Part shown: positions 47,314-58,028 of the stretch, one piece after another | Numbering within the stretch: the first letter of the stretch is position 1 | Layout of the letters: the number at the start of each line of letters is the position of its first letter | IMG/VR virus record: IMGVR_UViG_3300027896_000013 | From: a virus | Length of the DNA: 64,000 nucleotides | Direction: 5' to 3' (one strand) | Made by a program: the position numbers and the translations under genes | Notes under the pieces: model-generated | The model's database searches: none | What the model saw: only the letters and a program-made list of their open reading frames with translations | What the model was told of the DNA's origin: nothing

Positions 47314-49446
47314 ATGCCACACAAACAAGAATCAGTAAATTTTTTAACAGAGGTATCTAACTTTATTTTCACAGACAAGTATGCAAGGTACTATGAAATA
47401 ATGAGCAGACGAGAAGCTTGGAACGAATGCGTTGGTCGCGTCGAAGACATGCACATCGCCAAGTTTAAGAAAATACTTTCAAAGGAGGAATTGAAGGAGA
47501 TGGAATGGGCATTCAACTTCGTAAGAGATAAAAAAGTTGTACCCTCTATGCGCTCGATGCAGTTCGGTGGCAAGGCTGTCGTAGCTCACAATCCTAGAAT
47601 TTTTAACTGCGCTGTACGACACATTGACAGTACACGCGCATTTGCAGAAGTGTTCTACCTTTTGTTGTGTGGTTGTGGTGTTGGGTTAGGTCTATCGAAA
47701 TACTTCGTTAATCGTTTACCTGATTTAGTTGGCCCTAGCGATAAGAGTGGTACGGTTGTTACCTACGTCGTTGAAGATAGCATCGAAGGTTGGGCTGATA
47801 GTATTGAAGCTCTTTTGAATTGCTATTTCCGTAATACTGCATATTCAGGTCGCAAGATTGTATTTGATTTTAGCAGAATTCGACCTGAAGGTGCTGTAAT
47901 TAAAACAGGCGGTGGTAAAGCTCCAGGATACAAAGGGCTTAAGAAGGGTTTACAGAAAATAAAGAGTTTACTTGACCACATCATAGAAGAAAACCACCAG
48001 AAACGTTTAAAACCAGTGAATGCGTATGATATCTTGATGCATTGCGCTGATGCTGTTTTAAGTGGTGGTATTCGCCGTTCAGCTACCTCAGTCATTTTTG
48101 ATAAGGATGATGAAGACATGCTCAATGCTAAGGTAGCTTTTAATGTTACCAAATACGCACACTTTGATGAGAACAGTAAAGGTAAGTATGAAGGCGTAGT
48201 TTACGTTGACGGTAAATTCGGCGGTATTCGTAATCACAGATATGATGTGGTTATTGAGAAGTGGGAATATGATATTCTCAAGGACAAGAAGACTATTGGC
48301 TGGAGCCATATCGAACCTCAGCGTGCACGTTCTAATAACAGTGTGCTTCTTCTGAGAGATAGTGTTACAGAAGAAGAGTTTATAAAGATCAATGCTCTGA
48401 CTCGCCAATTTGGTGAACCCGGATTTGTTTTCGCTAATCACCCTCATCAGTTGTTTAACCCATGCTTCGAGATCGGATTTATACCGGTAACTGCAGATGG
48501 TATATGCGGTGTACAGTTCTGCAACCTATCATCTATTAATGGAGCAAAAATCAAAACAGCGAATGACTTTTTTGAAGCTGTTAAAGCTGCTACTATCATA
48601 GGTACCTTACAAGCAACCTATACTGATTTTAGCTACCTAAGCAAGACTGCAAAACAACTTACAGAAGAAGAAGCTCTGCTTGGAGTATCGATTACCGGTA
48701 CTATGGATGCACCTGATATTATATTGAACGCATCTGTTCAAGAAAAAGGTGCAGCTATCGCTAAGAAGGTGAATAAGGAATGGGCATCTAAACTCAAAAT
48801 TAATCAAGCTGCACGCATCACAACACTGAAACCTGAAGGTTCTAGCTCGCTAGTTCTTGAGAGTGCTTCAGGTATTCACCCTCACCACGCGCGTCGTTAC
48901 TTCCGCCGTGTTCAAGTCAATAAACACGACCCAGTCTACAAATTCTTCAAGAAGATTAACCCGCATATGTGTGAAGAGAGTGTATGGTCGGCTAATAAGA
49001 CAGACGATGTAATTACTTTCCCTATCACCGTATCTAAGGAAGCAATGGTTAAGGCTGACTTATCTGCTATTAAACACTTGGATATTATTAAGTCTACACA
49101 AACACATTGGGTCAATAACGGTACAACTGAAGCTAACAAGAAGCCTATCACACATAATGTATCTTGTACAGTTATTGTGGATGAGAATGAGTGGAATGAT
49201 GTCTTTAAATACTTGTTCAAACACCGAAACTCTTTTGGTGCTGTATCTCTCTTACCAAAAACAGGTGATAAGCTCTTCAAGCAAGCTCCGAATGAAGCTG
49301 TTACGACCGAAGAGGACGAGAAGAAGTGGAATGATATTGTGTCTAACTATAAACCAGTTAACTACAAGCTACTGGAAGAAGACGAAGATTCTACAAAAAT
49401 ATCAGACACAGTAGCTTGTGCAGGTGGCAAATGTGACGTAGTTTAG
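47314..49446 (+). CDS. nrdJ: Class II (B12-dependent) ribonucleotide reductase
   Basis: FNC, G.RRSA, GEPG, NPCFEI, TTLKPEG, terminal CAGGKC. Confidence 0.9.
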   Translation: MPHKQESVNFLTEVSNFIFTDKYARYYEIMSRREAWNECVGRVEDMHIAKFKKILSKEELKEMEWAFNFVRDKKVVPSMRSMQFGGKAVVAHNPRIFNCAVRHIDSTRAFAEVFYLLLCGCGVGLGLSKYFVNRLPDLVGPSDKSGTVVTYVVEDSIEGWADSIEALLNCYFRNTAYSGRKIVFDFSRIRPEGAVIKTGGGKAPGYKGLKKGLQKIKSLLDHIIEENHQKRLKPVNAYDILMHCADAVLSGGIRRSATSVIFDKDDEDMLNAKVAFNVTKYAHFDENSKGKYEGVVYVDGKFGGIRNHRYDVVIEKWEYDILKDKKTIGWSHIEPQRARSNNSVLLLRDSVTEEEFIKINALTRQFGEPGFVFANHPHQLFNPCFEIGFIPVTADGICGVQFCNLSSINGAKIKTANDFFEAVKAATIIGTLQATYTDFSYLSKTAKQLTEEEALLGVSITGTMDAPDIILNASVQEKGAAIAKKVNKEWASKLKINQAARITTLKPEGSSSLVLESASGIHPHHARRYFRRVQVNKHDPVYKFFKKINPHMCEESVWSANKTDDVITFPITVSKEAMVKADLSAIKHLDIIKSTQTHWVNNGTTEANKKPITHNVSCTVIVDENEWNDVFKYLFKHRNSFGAVSLLPKTGDKLFKQAPNEAVTTEEDEKKWNDIVSNYKPVNYKLLEEDEDSTKISDTVACAGGKCDVV

Positions 49447-49489
49447 CCAGTGGGTTGATTATCGCTTTGCATATCTTATTATATGAGTA

Positions 49490-49954
49490 ATGAAAGTCAT
49501 TACTCTTACACAGGAACAAATCGACCAAGCTCGTTCACTTGCTACTAAGATACAAGATTCAAAACCATATACTCGCAGCTGGGGTGCTAAAAACATCGCA
49601 GTTGGTCTACTCGGCGAGATGGCTTATGCTCAGATGACTAATACTGAGATTTGTACTGAGGTGTGGAACGATAAATGCGATGGTGGTATTGACTTCAAAG
49701 ATGGAGCAGATGTAAAGACTATCACTTGGTTAGGCGCAAATCCTGAACTCAAAGTAGGCAGACTCCCTAGCGATAAAACAAAGAAAACTAAATTCGTAAT
49801 GGCTATATGTGATTACGAAAATGACCCGAAGAACGTCAGACTTATTGGTGAAATCTCCGTAGCAAGCTTCAAGCAAAAAGCTCAATTGCGTACATATGGT
49901 ACAAAGAGCTGGTATGCCGTTACACCGGAAGACCTCGATGTAATCTACACTTAA
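49490..49954 (+). CDS. Hypothetical, possible PD-(D/E)xK fold
   Basis: GLLGE...DGGIDF...DVKT. Confidence 0.55.
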   Translation: MKVITLTQEQIDQARSLATKIQDSKPYTRSWGAKNIAVGLLGEMAYAQMTNTEICTEVWNDKCDGGIDFKDGADVKTITWLGANPELKVGRLPSDKTKKTKFVMAICDYENDPKNVRLIGEISVASFKQKAQLRTYGTKSWYAVTPEDLDVIYT

Positions 49955-52467
49955 GCTGGTCCATTAGAACCGTTATTAATCGGATCTGCTGGTATACGCT
50001 CTAACTCATTAACAGCTTTAGCTCTATCACGCATCTCATCATTTGATGTAGTTAGCGTTAATGGTATATTCTTAAATGTGTGTGCATGTGGTGCTGACAC
50101 TATACAGTCTGGATCAGCTCCTGTACCATATACCTTGATAGGCATAAGCTCTTGTACAAAGCCTCCAATACCCATAGCTGTACCCTGAATACATGGTATA
50201 CCGCTACCGTATACAGGGTATAATCCAGCTGGTACGCAACCACCAGTGTTACTACATCCACCTGGGAGATTTACCCACCCCACGACTTGACTTGGTTGAG
50301 TTAACCCAATCACACTAGGTGCAACTGGTGCACCTAGTGCATTCTCTGTGTTGTATAATGGAACGCCGTACCCTATAACTGCTCCTCTACCCGTAAAGTC
50401 CTTTGCGGGTGTTGAATATACAACTGTTTTATCTGTTACCTGTATCTCTGCAGGAGCTGTAATGTGATTAACTGATAATTCACCTTCAACATGGCATCCA
50501 CCACCTATAACAACATTCTTATTAACACCGAGAGAGCTATCTATTAGAACTTGTTTTTTGTGACGCTGTCTGATGCTTATAACATCTGCTATAAGACTGA
50601 GTCTATGTCCGCCATCAATATTAACTTCATTTTCACTACCAATATTGACCTGTAACCCAGCTATATTAGTTATTGTACCTGATATTACAGCAGGTCCATG
50701 AGATTTGAATGACATTCCACCAGACCCAACTTGAACATTAAACCGGTTACAAACGTTCAAATTATAAGTTCCACCTGGTAAATCGTCAACGTGTGCATAT
50801 TCTATCAGAGGTGTTGCTACCTTATTCTCATATACACCTTGAGTACCCACTAGTATTTCAGCGTTATACATCTTACCTACAGGGTCGACACGAACTGAAC
50901 CGAAATCATTCATTACCATGCCGATAGTTTCAAACTTATGCTTAGTAATGTCAATTATCTGTGACCCGCCTAATCCCATTTGTTTTTCGACGTTAGATAG
51001 TTCGATTATTTTACTGTTTAAGAGCTCTTTAATATTCCTCTTTAACGGCTCTGCTTGCCATCTACCATCCATTGTACTTGTAGATATACCTGAACCACCA
51101 CAGCTTGGACACACATCACCGAAGATTTTACCCTTGCTACCAAAAGTACCATATGTAGCTGTGCTCTGTATCAGCGGCAGGGAGATGTTATTAAAGAGGA
51201 ATGTACCATCACATTCGGATGTTGTGAATGCTACACCGACAGTTCCCATATTATTGTTGAGCTTCCAATAACCTGATACGTTATTTGTACAAACCGGACA
51301 AGGTGCAAATGTACCATTTCGCTTTTGTAACGGGGATGTAGCTTTAAACGAACCCACCGTATTTGCTTGTGCTCGTTGAATGTCAAATAACTGCTTTGAC
51401 TCTGAAATCTCAGTATATATCCCCTTCCACTTTTTATACGGTTCTATATTCAGGTCACCTATCTTAACGTATCGGTTACCTCTTACAATATCATCGAAGT
51501 CATGCTGAACAAATTCATTCTTACTACCTCGGGTTGTTAGGAACTGATCACCTAAAACTAATTTCTGATCATTATTCTGCGCAAACTCGATATTTACCAG
51601 GTTTGTAAATTCTTTAAATGAACCAGAGAAGTGTGTGAATTTAAGAGACTCTCTATTATCAGTGTTTACTATTTGTATAGTTCCACCCTTTTGATTAATC
51701 ACATACTTGTTACGATAAGTCTCTGTGCTAAGATTGGCTGCATTAGCCGCTGATAGTGGCCTATTTTCAAACTCTCCAGGGTAGTCTATACCCTTATTAT
51801 CATTTGCATCGTATATACCCTTCCAGTCCTCAGCACCAAAAGATGTTGCAAAGTATACCGGCTTCATTGGGTCACCATTTTGAAAGAATACCCATACATG
51901 AGAACCTACATTTGGTATTGTGAATGCGCCGTGAGCCTGATTACTATACGTTTCAGGTATGTAGTTATAGCTATATTTGTTGACTGTATTTACACCGCTG
52001 AGAGCTGATGTAAAGGCATCGTTTACACGGTAGTAATCTATATCAAACCTGTTACCATACTTCTCACCAATTGAGTCAACATTTTGAGAGTATTTGGTAA
52101 TTTTAGATATGTCTATATCAGTCGACGACAGGTTTGTTACTAGTGTTCCGATCTTGTTAGAATCGCTCGTAGTACCTATTGCTTTTGAAGCATTGTATCT
52201 ACCAGAGCTGTTTTCACCTACTAAGGGAGAGGCACACTCAGCCCATGGTAATATGTTCTGTAAATCACCAACTATGCTAGAGAGATCGCTTTTAAGATTG
52301 ATACCTACAAACTTAAATCTCTTGTCTTTTTTTACCTCTGTCCACTTTTTGTAGACTGTTACGTTAATATGAGGAACAAAGATTTTCACACGGCCACGAC
52401 GCTCTGGGTCGTCTGACTGAACTACAATACCTAGGTAGTTACCTAGATATGATGGGTAATTATTCAT
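49951..52467 (-). CDS. Baseplate hub/spike, gp5/VgrG-like
   Basis: GIVVQSDDPERRGRVKI, PWA, P.VGS.VWVFF, H.SGSF.E, C-terminal HAH. Confidence 0.85.
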   Translation of the reverse strand: MNNYPSYLGNYLGIVVQSDDPERRGRVKIFVPHINVTVYKKWTEVKKDKRFKFVGINLKSDLSSIVGDLQNILPWAECASPLVGENSSGRYNASKAIGTTSDSNKIGTLVTNLSSTDIDISKITKYSQNVDSIGEKYGNRFDIDYYRVNDAFTSALSGVNTVNKYSYNYIPETYSNQAHGAFTIPNVGSHVWVFFQNGDPMKPVYFATSFGAEDWKGIYDANDNKGIDYPGEFENRPLSAANAANLSTETYRNKYVINQKGGTIQIVNTDNRESLKFTHFSGSFKEFTNLVNIEFAQNNDQKLVLGDQFLTTRGSKNEFVQHDFDDIVRGNRYVKIGDLNIEPYKKWKGIYTEISESKQLFDIQRAQANTVGSFKATSPLQKRNGTFAPCPVCTNNVSGYWKLNNNMGTVGVAFTTSECDGTFLFNNISLPLIQSTATYGTFGSKGKIFGDVCPSCGGSGISTSTMDGRWQAEPLKRNIKELLNSKIIELSNVEKQMGLGGSQIIDITKHKFETIGMVMNDFGSVRVDPVGKMYNAEILVGTQGVYENKVATPLIEYAHVDDLPGGTYNLNVCNRFNVQVGSGGMSFKSHGPAVISGTITNIAGLQVNIGSENEVNIDGGHRLSLIADVISIRQRHKKQVLIDSSLGVNKNVVIGGGCHVEGELSVNHITAPAEIQVTDKTVVYSTPAKDFTGRGAVIGYGVPLYNTENALGAPVAPSVIGLTQPSQVVGWVNLPGGCSNTGGCVPAGLYPVYGSGIPCIQGTAMGIGGFVQELMPIKVYGTGADPDCIVSAPHAHTFKNIPLTLTTSNDEMRDRAKAVNELERIPADPINNGSNGPA

Positions 52468-52529
52468 GCAGTTTAAAGATGTCTTAATTATTTACTTGAA
52501 GTATCAACTTCTGCTACTATTATATCGAT

Positions 52530-53348
52530 ATGAGAATTAAAGTATCCCACGAAAGTCCAATTAGTCTCCTTGAAAGATCACGTCTGTATAACGATTATGA
52601 TTACTGTCTAGTCCACTTGATGGAACAGCATGACTCGTATAGAGAGTATTTTCTAAACGCACGTAATGTTTATGATCGCGAAGTATTTCTCGATACCTCA
52701 GTGTTCGAGCTAGGTACAGCATTTGATGCGTCGAAATACATCGACTGGGCTGAAAAGATTCGGCCTAATCTGATGATTATACCGGATGTTCTCGAAAATG
52801 CTCAAGCTACTATGGATAACTGGGTTGACTTTGTCGATAAGTTCGGCGACAGGCTTGATAAGATGGACGCGCAGTGGATTGGTGTTGTTCAAGGTAAAAC
52901 ACTTGATGATATTATTCGCTGCTATAATTTCATGTCTAATAATGCTGATGTTATTGCAATCAGTTTTGATATGTCTTATTTCAAGGAAACCGGTAGAGGT
53001 CTAACTGATTATGAGCGTATGTGTAGAGGTCGTCAACAGCTTATTAACGCATTGATTGATAACGACATATGGGATTGGAGTAAACCTCACCATCTCCTTG
53101 GTAATGCACTTCCTCAAGAGATGAGCTTTTACGTAAACAACAACGTTTACAATATTCGCTCTGTAGATACATCAAACCCGATCGTACACGGTCTCCACAA
53201 TGTCAGGTACAACAGTACGTTTGGTCTACGCGATAAAATTAAAACCAAGCTCGCTGATTTGATCACTGCGAAAGTTTCAGATGATCAATGGGATTGCATT
53301 GCTTATAACGTTGATATGTACCGTGAAATCTTAGACGGTAATATGTAA
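52530..53348 (+). CDS. TGT-fold transglycosylase (DpdA-like)
   Basis: LDTSVFE, PDV, VVQG, HLLG, SVDTS. Confidence 0.7.
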   Translation: MRIKVSHESPISLLERSRLYNDYDYCLVHLMEQHDSYREYFLNARNVYDREVFLDTSVFELGTAFDASKYIDWAEKIRPNLMIIPDVLENAQATMDNWVDFVDKFGDRLDKMDAQWIGVVQGKTLDDIIRCYNFMSNNADVIAISFDMSYFKETGRGLTDYERMCRGRQQLINALIDNDIWDWSKPHHLLGNALPQEMSFYVNNNVYNIRSVDTSNPIVHGLHNVRYNSTFGLRDKIKTKLADLITAKVSDDQWDCIAYNVDMYREILDGNM

Positions 53349-53349
53349 T

Positions 53350-53910
53350 ATGAGACCTTGGATTACATTCTATTCAAATACCGGTAGTGAGATTTGTAAT
53401 ATTTCACGACGCCGTGGATGTTATCCAAGTGCTATTATAGGTCACTATAACTCTCAATTATCAAACAGCTTTATAAATGAGCTGATATCGCAACAGCCGG
53501 TTGTTAGTGAGAACACTACAATATACACCATACCTAACAAGCCGACTGTTGAGGATTACGAACGCATTCTCTCAAAATATGAAAACCCTTTGGTAACTCT
53601 TCATGGGTTTATGCGTATTGTACCGCCAGAGATCTGCAGTAAATACGAGATATATAACGGTCACCCTGGACTAATTACAAAATATCCTATACTCAAGGGT
53701 AAAGACCCTCAACTAAAAGCTTTTACTTACGGTCACACTGAAGCTGGTACAGTTGTTCATAGAGTAACTGCAGGTGTAGATGAAGGACCTGTAGTAATGT
53801 GGAATAAATGTTCAATTGCAGATTGCAAATCACCTAAAGATGTAATAAATCTTCTAAAGGGCCAATCTCTTGAATGCTGGATGGAATTTTTCGATGAATA
53901 CAACACCTGA
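53350..53910 (+). CDS. PurN-like formyltransferase (DpdN-like)
   Basis: NGHPGL...KG, GTVVHRV...VDEGP. Confidence 0.8.
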   Translation: MRPWITFYSNTGSEICNISRRRGCYPSAIIGHYNSQLSNSFINELISQQPVVSENTTIYTIPNKPTVEDYERILSKYENPLVTLHGFMRIVPPEICSKYEIYNGHPGLITKYPILKGKDPQLKAFTYGHTEAGTVVHRVTAGVDEGPVVMWNKCSIADCKSPKDVINLLKGQSLECWMEFFDEYNT

Positions 53911-54247
53911 AGACTTAATAAAAAAGGTAGAGCAAGACTACCCGGAAACTTGCGCTGAATATAAACGAATTCAACATGAGATGTATACTTTGTTTTGTAA
54001 GAAGCAAAGTGATTACGGACCTAATAATATATCTCTAGGCTCAGATCTCAAAACTGAACCGGATATTCGTGCTGCACTTAGCGGTGTTATCTTTAGGTGT
54101 AACGATAAGGTTCAACGCCTTCTTAACCTTGTTGTCAAGAAAGGTACAATCGCTACATCAAATGAACCTATTGACGATGCCTTTGCAGATCTTGGTAACT
54201 ATGCTATCATCATGAGTATTGTTAAACGCGGTAAATGGTGTAAATAA
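53894..54247 (+). CDS. Nucleotide-modification-associated helical protein (DUF1599-like)
   Basis: KKQSDYG..N, R.NDKV.R, D.F.DL.NYA. Confidence 0.75.
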   Translation: MNTTPEDLIKKVEQDYPETCAEYKRIQHEMYTLFCKKQSDYGPNNISLGSDLKTEPDIRAALSGVIFRCNDKVQRLLNLVVKKGTIATSNEPIDDAFADLGNYAIIMSIVKRGKWCK

Positions 54248-54252
54248 AACAT

Positions 54253-54810
54253 ATGTTAATTGCATTCACAGGAGCTCAATCGACAGGAAAAACAACCTTA
54301 CTAGAAGCTTGTAAAAGGCTTGATGAGTTTAAAGGTTATACATTTGTAGATGAAGTAACCCGCCGCATTAAACGAACACACGGTGTTGCAATTAACAACG
54401 ATGCAGACAACTACGATCAAACACAAAAACTTATTATCGACGACCACATTAAAAACAGCCATCTAAAAAATGCTGTTCTTGATAGATGCATTGTTGATGG
54501 TTATGTATATACACAATACTTTTATGAAAAGGGTAAGGTTTCAGAGTATGTATCCGATCTAGCTCACGGTGCACTTATTGGTATTATCGATCGATATGAT
54601 ATTATATTCTATACTGAACCTGATATTCCGCTTGTTGATGATAAAGAGAGAAGCATGGATGTTAAGTTTCGTGATGATATTATCAAACTCTTTAACATTC
54701 GTATCAGCGCAATAGAAAAACTGGAACCAAATAAAGTCGTACGCTTAAGAGGTTCTGTTGAAGACCGCCTCAATACGATTAAAAAAGCAGTTGCAAATCA
54801 CCAAAAATAA
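54253..54810 (+). CDS. P-loop nucleotide kinase (NadR/AAA_28-like)
   Basis: GAQSTGKTT, DRCIVD..VY. Confidence 0.85.
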   Translation: MLIAFTGAQSTGKTTLLEACKRLDEFKGYTFVDEVTRRIKRTHGVAINNDADNYDQTQKLIIDDHIKNSHLKNAVLDRCIVDGYVYTQYFYEKGKVSEYVSDLAHGALIGIIDRYDIIFYTEPDIPLVDDKERSMDVKFRDDIIKLFNIRISAIEKLEPNKVVRLRGSVEDRLNTIKKAVANHQK

Positions 54811-54824
54811 TCTACAATTTAATT

Positions 54825-55706
54825 ATGTCAAATGAAACTTCTGTTAGTAGGCACCTAGGTAAAGCCAGCGTATGTGTTGGTAAATACGATCCAACTCTTC
54901 TTGTTAAAGAAGCGCGCTCACGCAGCAGACAAGAACTTAATATTTCAAGCGATAAACTACCATTTGTTGGTAAAGACGTTTGGAATAATTATGAAGTCTC
55001 TTGTTTGCTTGATAACGGTATGCCTGTAACGGCTATAGCAAAGATTGTTTATGATTGTACGTCTGATGCTATCATTGAATCAAAATCAATGAAGCTTTAT
55101 TGGAACTCATTTAACATGGAAAAGATGGGTAAAACCATTGACGAATGTTACGCTAAGCTTCAAGCGATTACTGAGAAAGACCTGTCAACGTTGATTGGTT
55201 CACCTGTCATGGTCAGCTTGGTAAAGGCTGAAGTAGTATCTAGTCCGATTCCGTTGTTTGGATATGTTAACATCGATGAACTTGCTCAGCTTGTTGCAAC
55301 AGACAAATATAAGCACGATGAATCGTTGTTAACTGGTAAACAGGTAACTGAAGAGCGTGTTCTCAAAGTCCGTACATCGCTTCTACGTGGATTATGTTGC
55401 ATCACATCTCAACCAGATACTGGTGATGTTTATATTCATTACAAGGGTAATTACGATATCGATGTTACATCTATTCTGCAATACATTGTATCTAATCGTG
55501 AAACGAACGAGTTTCATGAACCATCTTGCGAAAAGTTCTTTAATGCTATAAGCAAGAAGTTTGAACCTAAAGAGCTGGCTGTATTCTGTTTATATAATCG
55601 GAGAGGTTCTTTGGATATTAACCCGATGCGTGCAACTTCATACGACTTGATACCCGTTCATATGACTGACCCAGATACACAATGGTCAAAAGCTGCTAGG
55701 CAGTAA
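54825..55706 (+). CDS. queF: Bimodular preQ0 reductase
   Basis: ESKSMKLYWNSF, C.ITSQPD, FHE, RRG.LDINP.R. Confidence 0.92.
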   Translation: MSNETSVSRHLGKASVCVGKYDPTLLVKEARSRSRQELNISSDKLPFVGKDVWNNYEVSCLLDNGMPVTAIAKIVYDCTSDAIIESKSMKLYWNSFNMEKMGKTIDECYAKLQAITEKDLSTLIGSPVMVSLVKAEVVSSPIPLFGYVNIDELAQLVATDKYKHDESLLTGKQVTEERVLKVRTSLLRGLCCITSQPDTGDVYIHYKGNYDIDVTSILQYIVSNRETNEFHEPSCEKFFNAISKKFEPKELAVFCLYNRRGSLDINPMRATSYDLIPVHMTDPDTQWSKAARQ

Positions 55707-55712
55707 TCAAAT

Positions 55713-55746
55713 AAAAACCCCGCTGAGAAATCAGCGGGGTTTTTTG
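55713..55746. terminator. Bidirectional terminator
   Basis: AAAAACCCCGCTGA-GAAA-TCAGCGGGGTTTTT. Confidence 0.9.
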
Positions 55747-55759
55747 TGTTTAAATGTTA

Positions 55760-56344
55760 TTAACCGTTAAGTGCCCAAAGACGTGTGAATTCAGCTTTTG
55801 ATGTAAACCCGTTATATGGTGTGTTGACTGCAGATACGACTGTTGTGAGTGTCTGAACTGGGTTTGTAACAGGTGTTGGTGTTGAACCTACAAGGCATGT
55901 GCTGCTGAGTGTAACTGTATATGTAAGTGTTTGTGGTCCTGCTGCGCTTTTACTACCGAAAGCGGAGAGAGTAATACCGCTAACAGCCATTACACTTGTA
56001 ATAGTTACTGGGTAAATATTGGGATCTACAATAGTATAGAATGAATTACCTTCGGCTGTATAACATGGTGCACCGCTACGGCTCTCGCTAACTTTAATAC
56101 CTGTAACAATGGCCTTTGTATTGACGTTAGTGGTACGGATTCTAATATCCGTATGCGCTGCACTAAGAGCGTTGAAACTATTAACACCATTAAGACCATT
56201 AAGAGTATCAACGTACTTCGATAGAACTATCGCACCCGGTACCGGTGTCGCAGTTGGTGTCGGTGCAGGTGTTGCGGTTGGTGGCACCGGTGTTCCCGTT
56301 GGTGTCGGTGTCGGTACTTCTGGTGTTGCGGTTGGATCAGCCAT
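55760..56344 (-). CDS. Pro/Thr-rich late protein, possible head decoration
   Basis: PT repeats; downstream of capsid gene; TAAATA upstream. Confidence 0.55.
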   Translation of the reverse strand: MADPTATPEVPTPTPTGTPVPPTATPAPTPTATPVPGAIVLSKYVDTLNGLNGVNSFNALSAAHTDIRIRTTNVNTKAIVTGIKVSESRSGAPCYTAEGNSFYTIVDPNIYPVTITSVMAVSGITLSAFGSKSAAGPQTLTYTVTLSSTCLVGSTPTPVTNPVQTLTTVVSAVNTPYNGFTSKAEFTRLWALNG

Positions 56345-56397
56345 ACAATTATTTATTATCTTGAGACCTCTATTTTAATAAAATATGTAGTAAACAA

Positions 56398-56431
56398 GAA
56401 AAAACCGCCGGTAGAGCAATCTACCGGCGGT
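56398..56431 (-). terminator. Terminator after capsid gene
   Basis: ACCGCCGGTAGA/TCTACCGGCGGT + T run. Confidence 0.88.
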
Positions 56432-56457
56432 CGAATCTAACGGCTACTCTGATATTA

Positions 56458-57948
56458 TCAGAAGTATACGCTTTGCGTACCAGGTGTGAACGACTGGCCG
56501 AGGCCGGTCAATACAATCACGTGGTAATACAGATTTGCTCCGAAGATGTTGTCGACAACACCATAGCGGGTCATAAGACCAACTCGTGGTGCGAAGTCGT
56601 TCGGACCGATTGTACGTTGTACCATGACTGGAATGTACGGGCAGTAGATGATACCGGTGTCGTAAAACTCCGGACCTTTATAACCCAACAACGCGTACTC
56701 AAGACGGGTCTGACGAGCAGTAACAGCGCCGCCGGCGGGCCAGCTTGGCTGTGTGCTACTGTAAGCCTGTGCTTCAGTGCGTGTATCACGGTAAACATTA
56801 AACCGACCACCCAACGATCCAACCTTAGCAACTCCGACAGGCTGTGTGTTAACACTGCCCTGTACCGGAACCCACTGGAATTCGGGCAACATTTCAAGAA
56901 TGGCGCACACACGAGGTGTACCCACGATGAAGTTAGCCGAACCACGGCGGTTACGGATAGCAATACGATTTGCTTCGACGATCAAGCGTTGATAGAAGTC
57001 GCGATTGCGTTCTACCAACCAGCGTCCATCAGCAGAAGCTGGACTCCAGATGCTATAACCCTGGCCATAACCAGCGTTAAGAGCGGTCTGAATCATTCTG
57101 ATGATCATTTCGCGGTCGATTTCGGCTTGTAGCTCATAGCTCATCGCATTTGTAAGCTCAGTGTCGATATCGATACCGTTCATGTTCTTCAGATCTTGTT
57201 CCAACTCAACTGACCAACGGGCTGCCAAGCGTCTCGTGCCGGCTTCAACAGCGGTCTTCTCAAAGCTAACAACGATCTGCGGAATATTGCTAGAGAGCTC
57301 AAACTGACTGAGCAATGCAGCTACACCCGAATCCTGTTGCGCAATTACGAAGTCACTGTTACCAGACAGCGCACCACTGGAAACGCCAGTGAAGCGGGTG
57401 TCGAGGTACTGGTAACCCAATTCAGGATTACCGGACAAAGCCTGCTGCAGACCTGGGTTAATACCATACTGTCCAGCACCGGTGTTTCCATCGGCACTGC
57501 CAGTCTGATAACCAAGAGCAGTCGGTTCGTATTTGTAACGGAGAGCAAAAGCAAGACCTACGGGCCCGCTCATCGGCTGAACACCAACGATTTCGTTAGT
57601 GATCAATTCCGGGAACGTACGGCGAATCATCGGGATGAGAATCTTTGGAAGGCGTGCATCACCAGGGGCGTATGCATTATCATTCTGAGACGGGAACTGA
57701 TTGCCGTAGGAACCATTATTAATGGTACCGAAGACACCAGTCGAACCGCCAGCAATGTTACCACTAGACTCAAAGCACCACTTCTCTTGGTTTTCCAAGA
57801 GGATGGCAGTGTTCAAGCGGGTGTGGTCATCTTCGATTGCGCGAACGTTGTCGGAACTGTAGTCCAGAACTGGACCCCATTTCTCGAGCATGAGTTTTGC
57901 GCGATTTTCATCGATGTAAGCTGAAGTAGGACGAATAGAATTATTCAT
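56458..57948 (-). CDS. Major capsid protein, T4 gp23-like
   Basis: LENQ, GVQPM.GP.G..FALR, ELEQDL, YCPYIP, TRYG. Confidence 0.97.
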   Translation of the reverse strand: MNNSIRPTSAYIDENRAKLMLEKWGPVLDYSSDNVRAIEDDHTRLNTAILLENQEKWCFESSGNIAGGSTGVFGTINNGSYGNQFPSQNDNAYAPGDARLPKILIPMIRRTFPELITNEIVGVQPMSGPVGLAFALRYKYEPTALGYQTGSADGNTGAGQYGINPGLQQALSGNPELGYQYLDTRFTGVSSGALSGNSDFVIAQQDSGVAALLSQFELSSNIPQIVVSFEKTAVEAGTRRLAARWSVELEQDLKNMNGIDIDTELTNAMSYELQAEIDREMIIRMIQTALNAGYGQGYSIWSPASADGRWLVERNRDFYQRLIVEANRIAIRNRRGSANFIVGTPRVCAILEMLPEFQWVPVQGSVNTQPVGVAKVGSLGGRFNVYRDTRTEAQAYSSTQPSWPAGGAVTARQTRLEYALLGYKGPEFYDTGIIYCPYIPVMVQRTIGPNDFAPRVGLMTRYGVVDNIFGANLYYHVIVLTGLGQSFTPGTQSVYF

Positions 57949-58028
57949 ATTAGTTTACTTTTCTCCTTTAATTTCGTCGACCTTATGTTTTTTAGCATAT
58001 AGCTGTTCAGGTTGGAACCTCAAATAAA

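Noticed and set aside
56473-57924. Long antisense ORFs over the capsid gene
   Set aside because: Expected from the codon bias of a highly expressed gene
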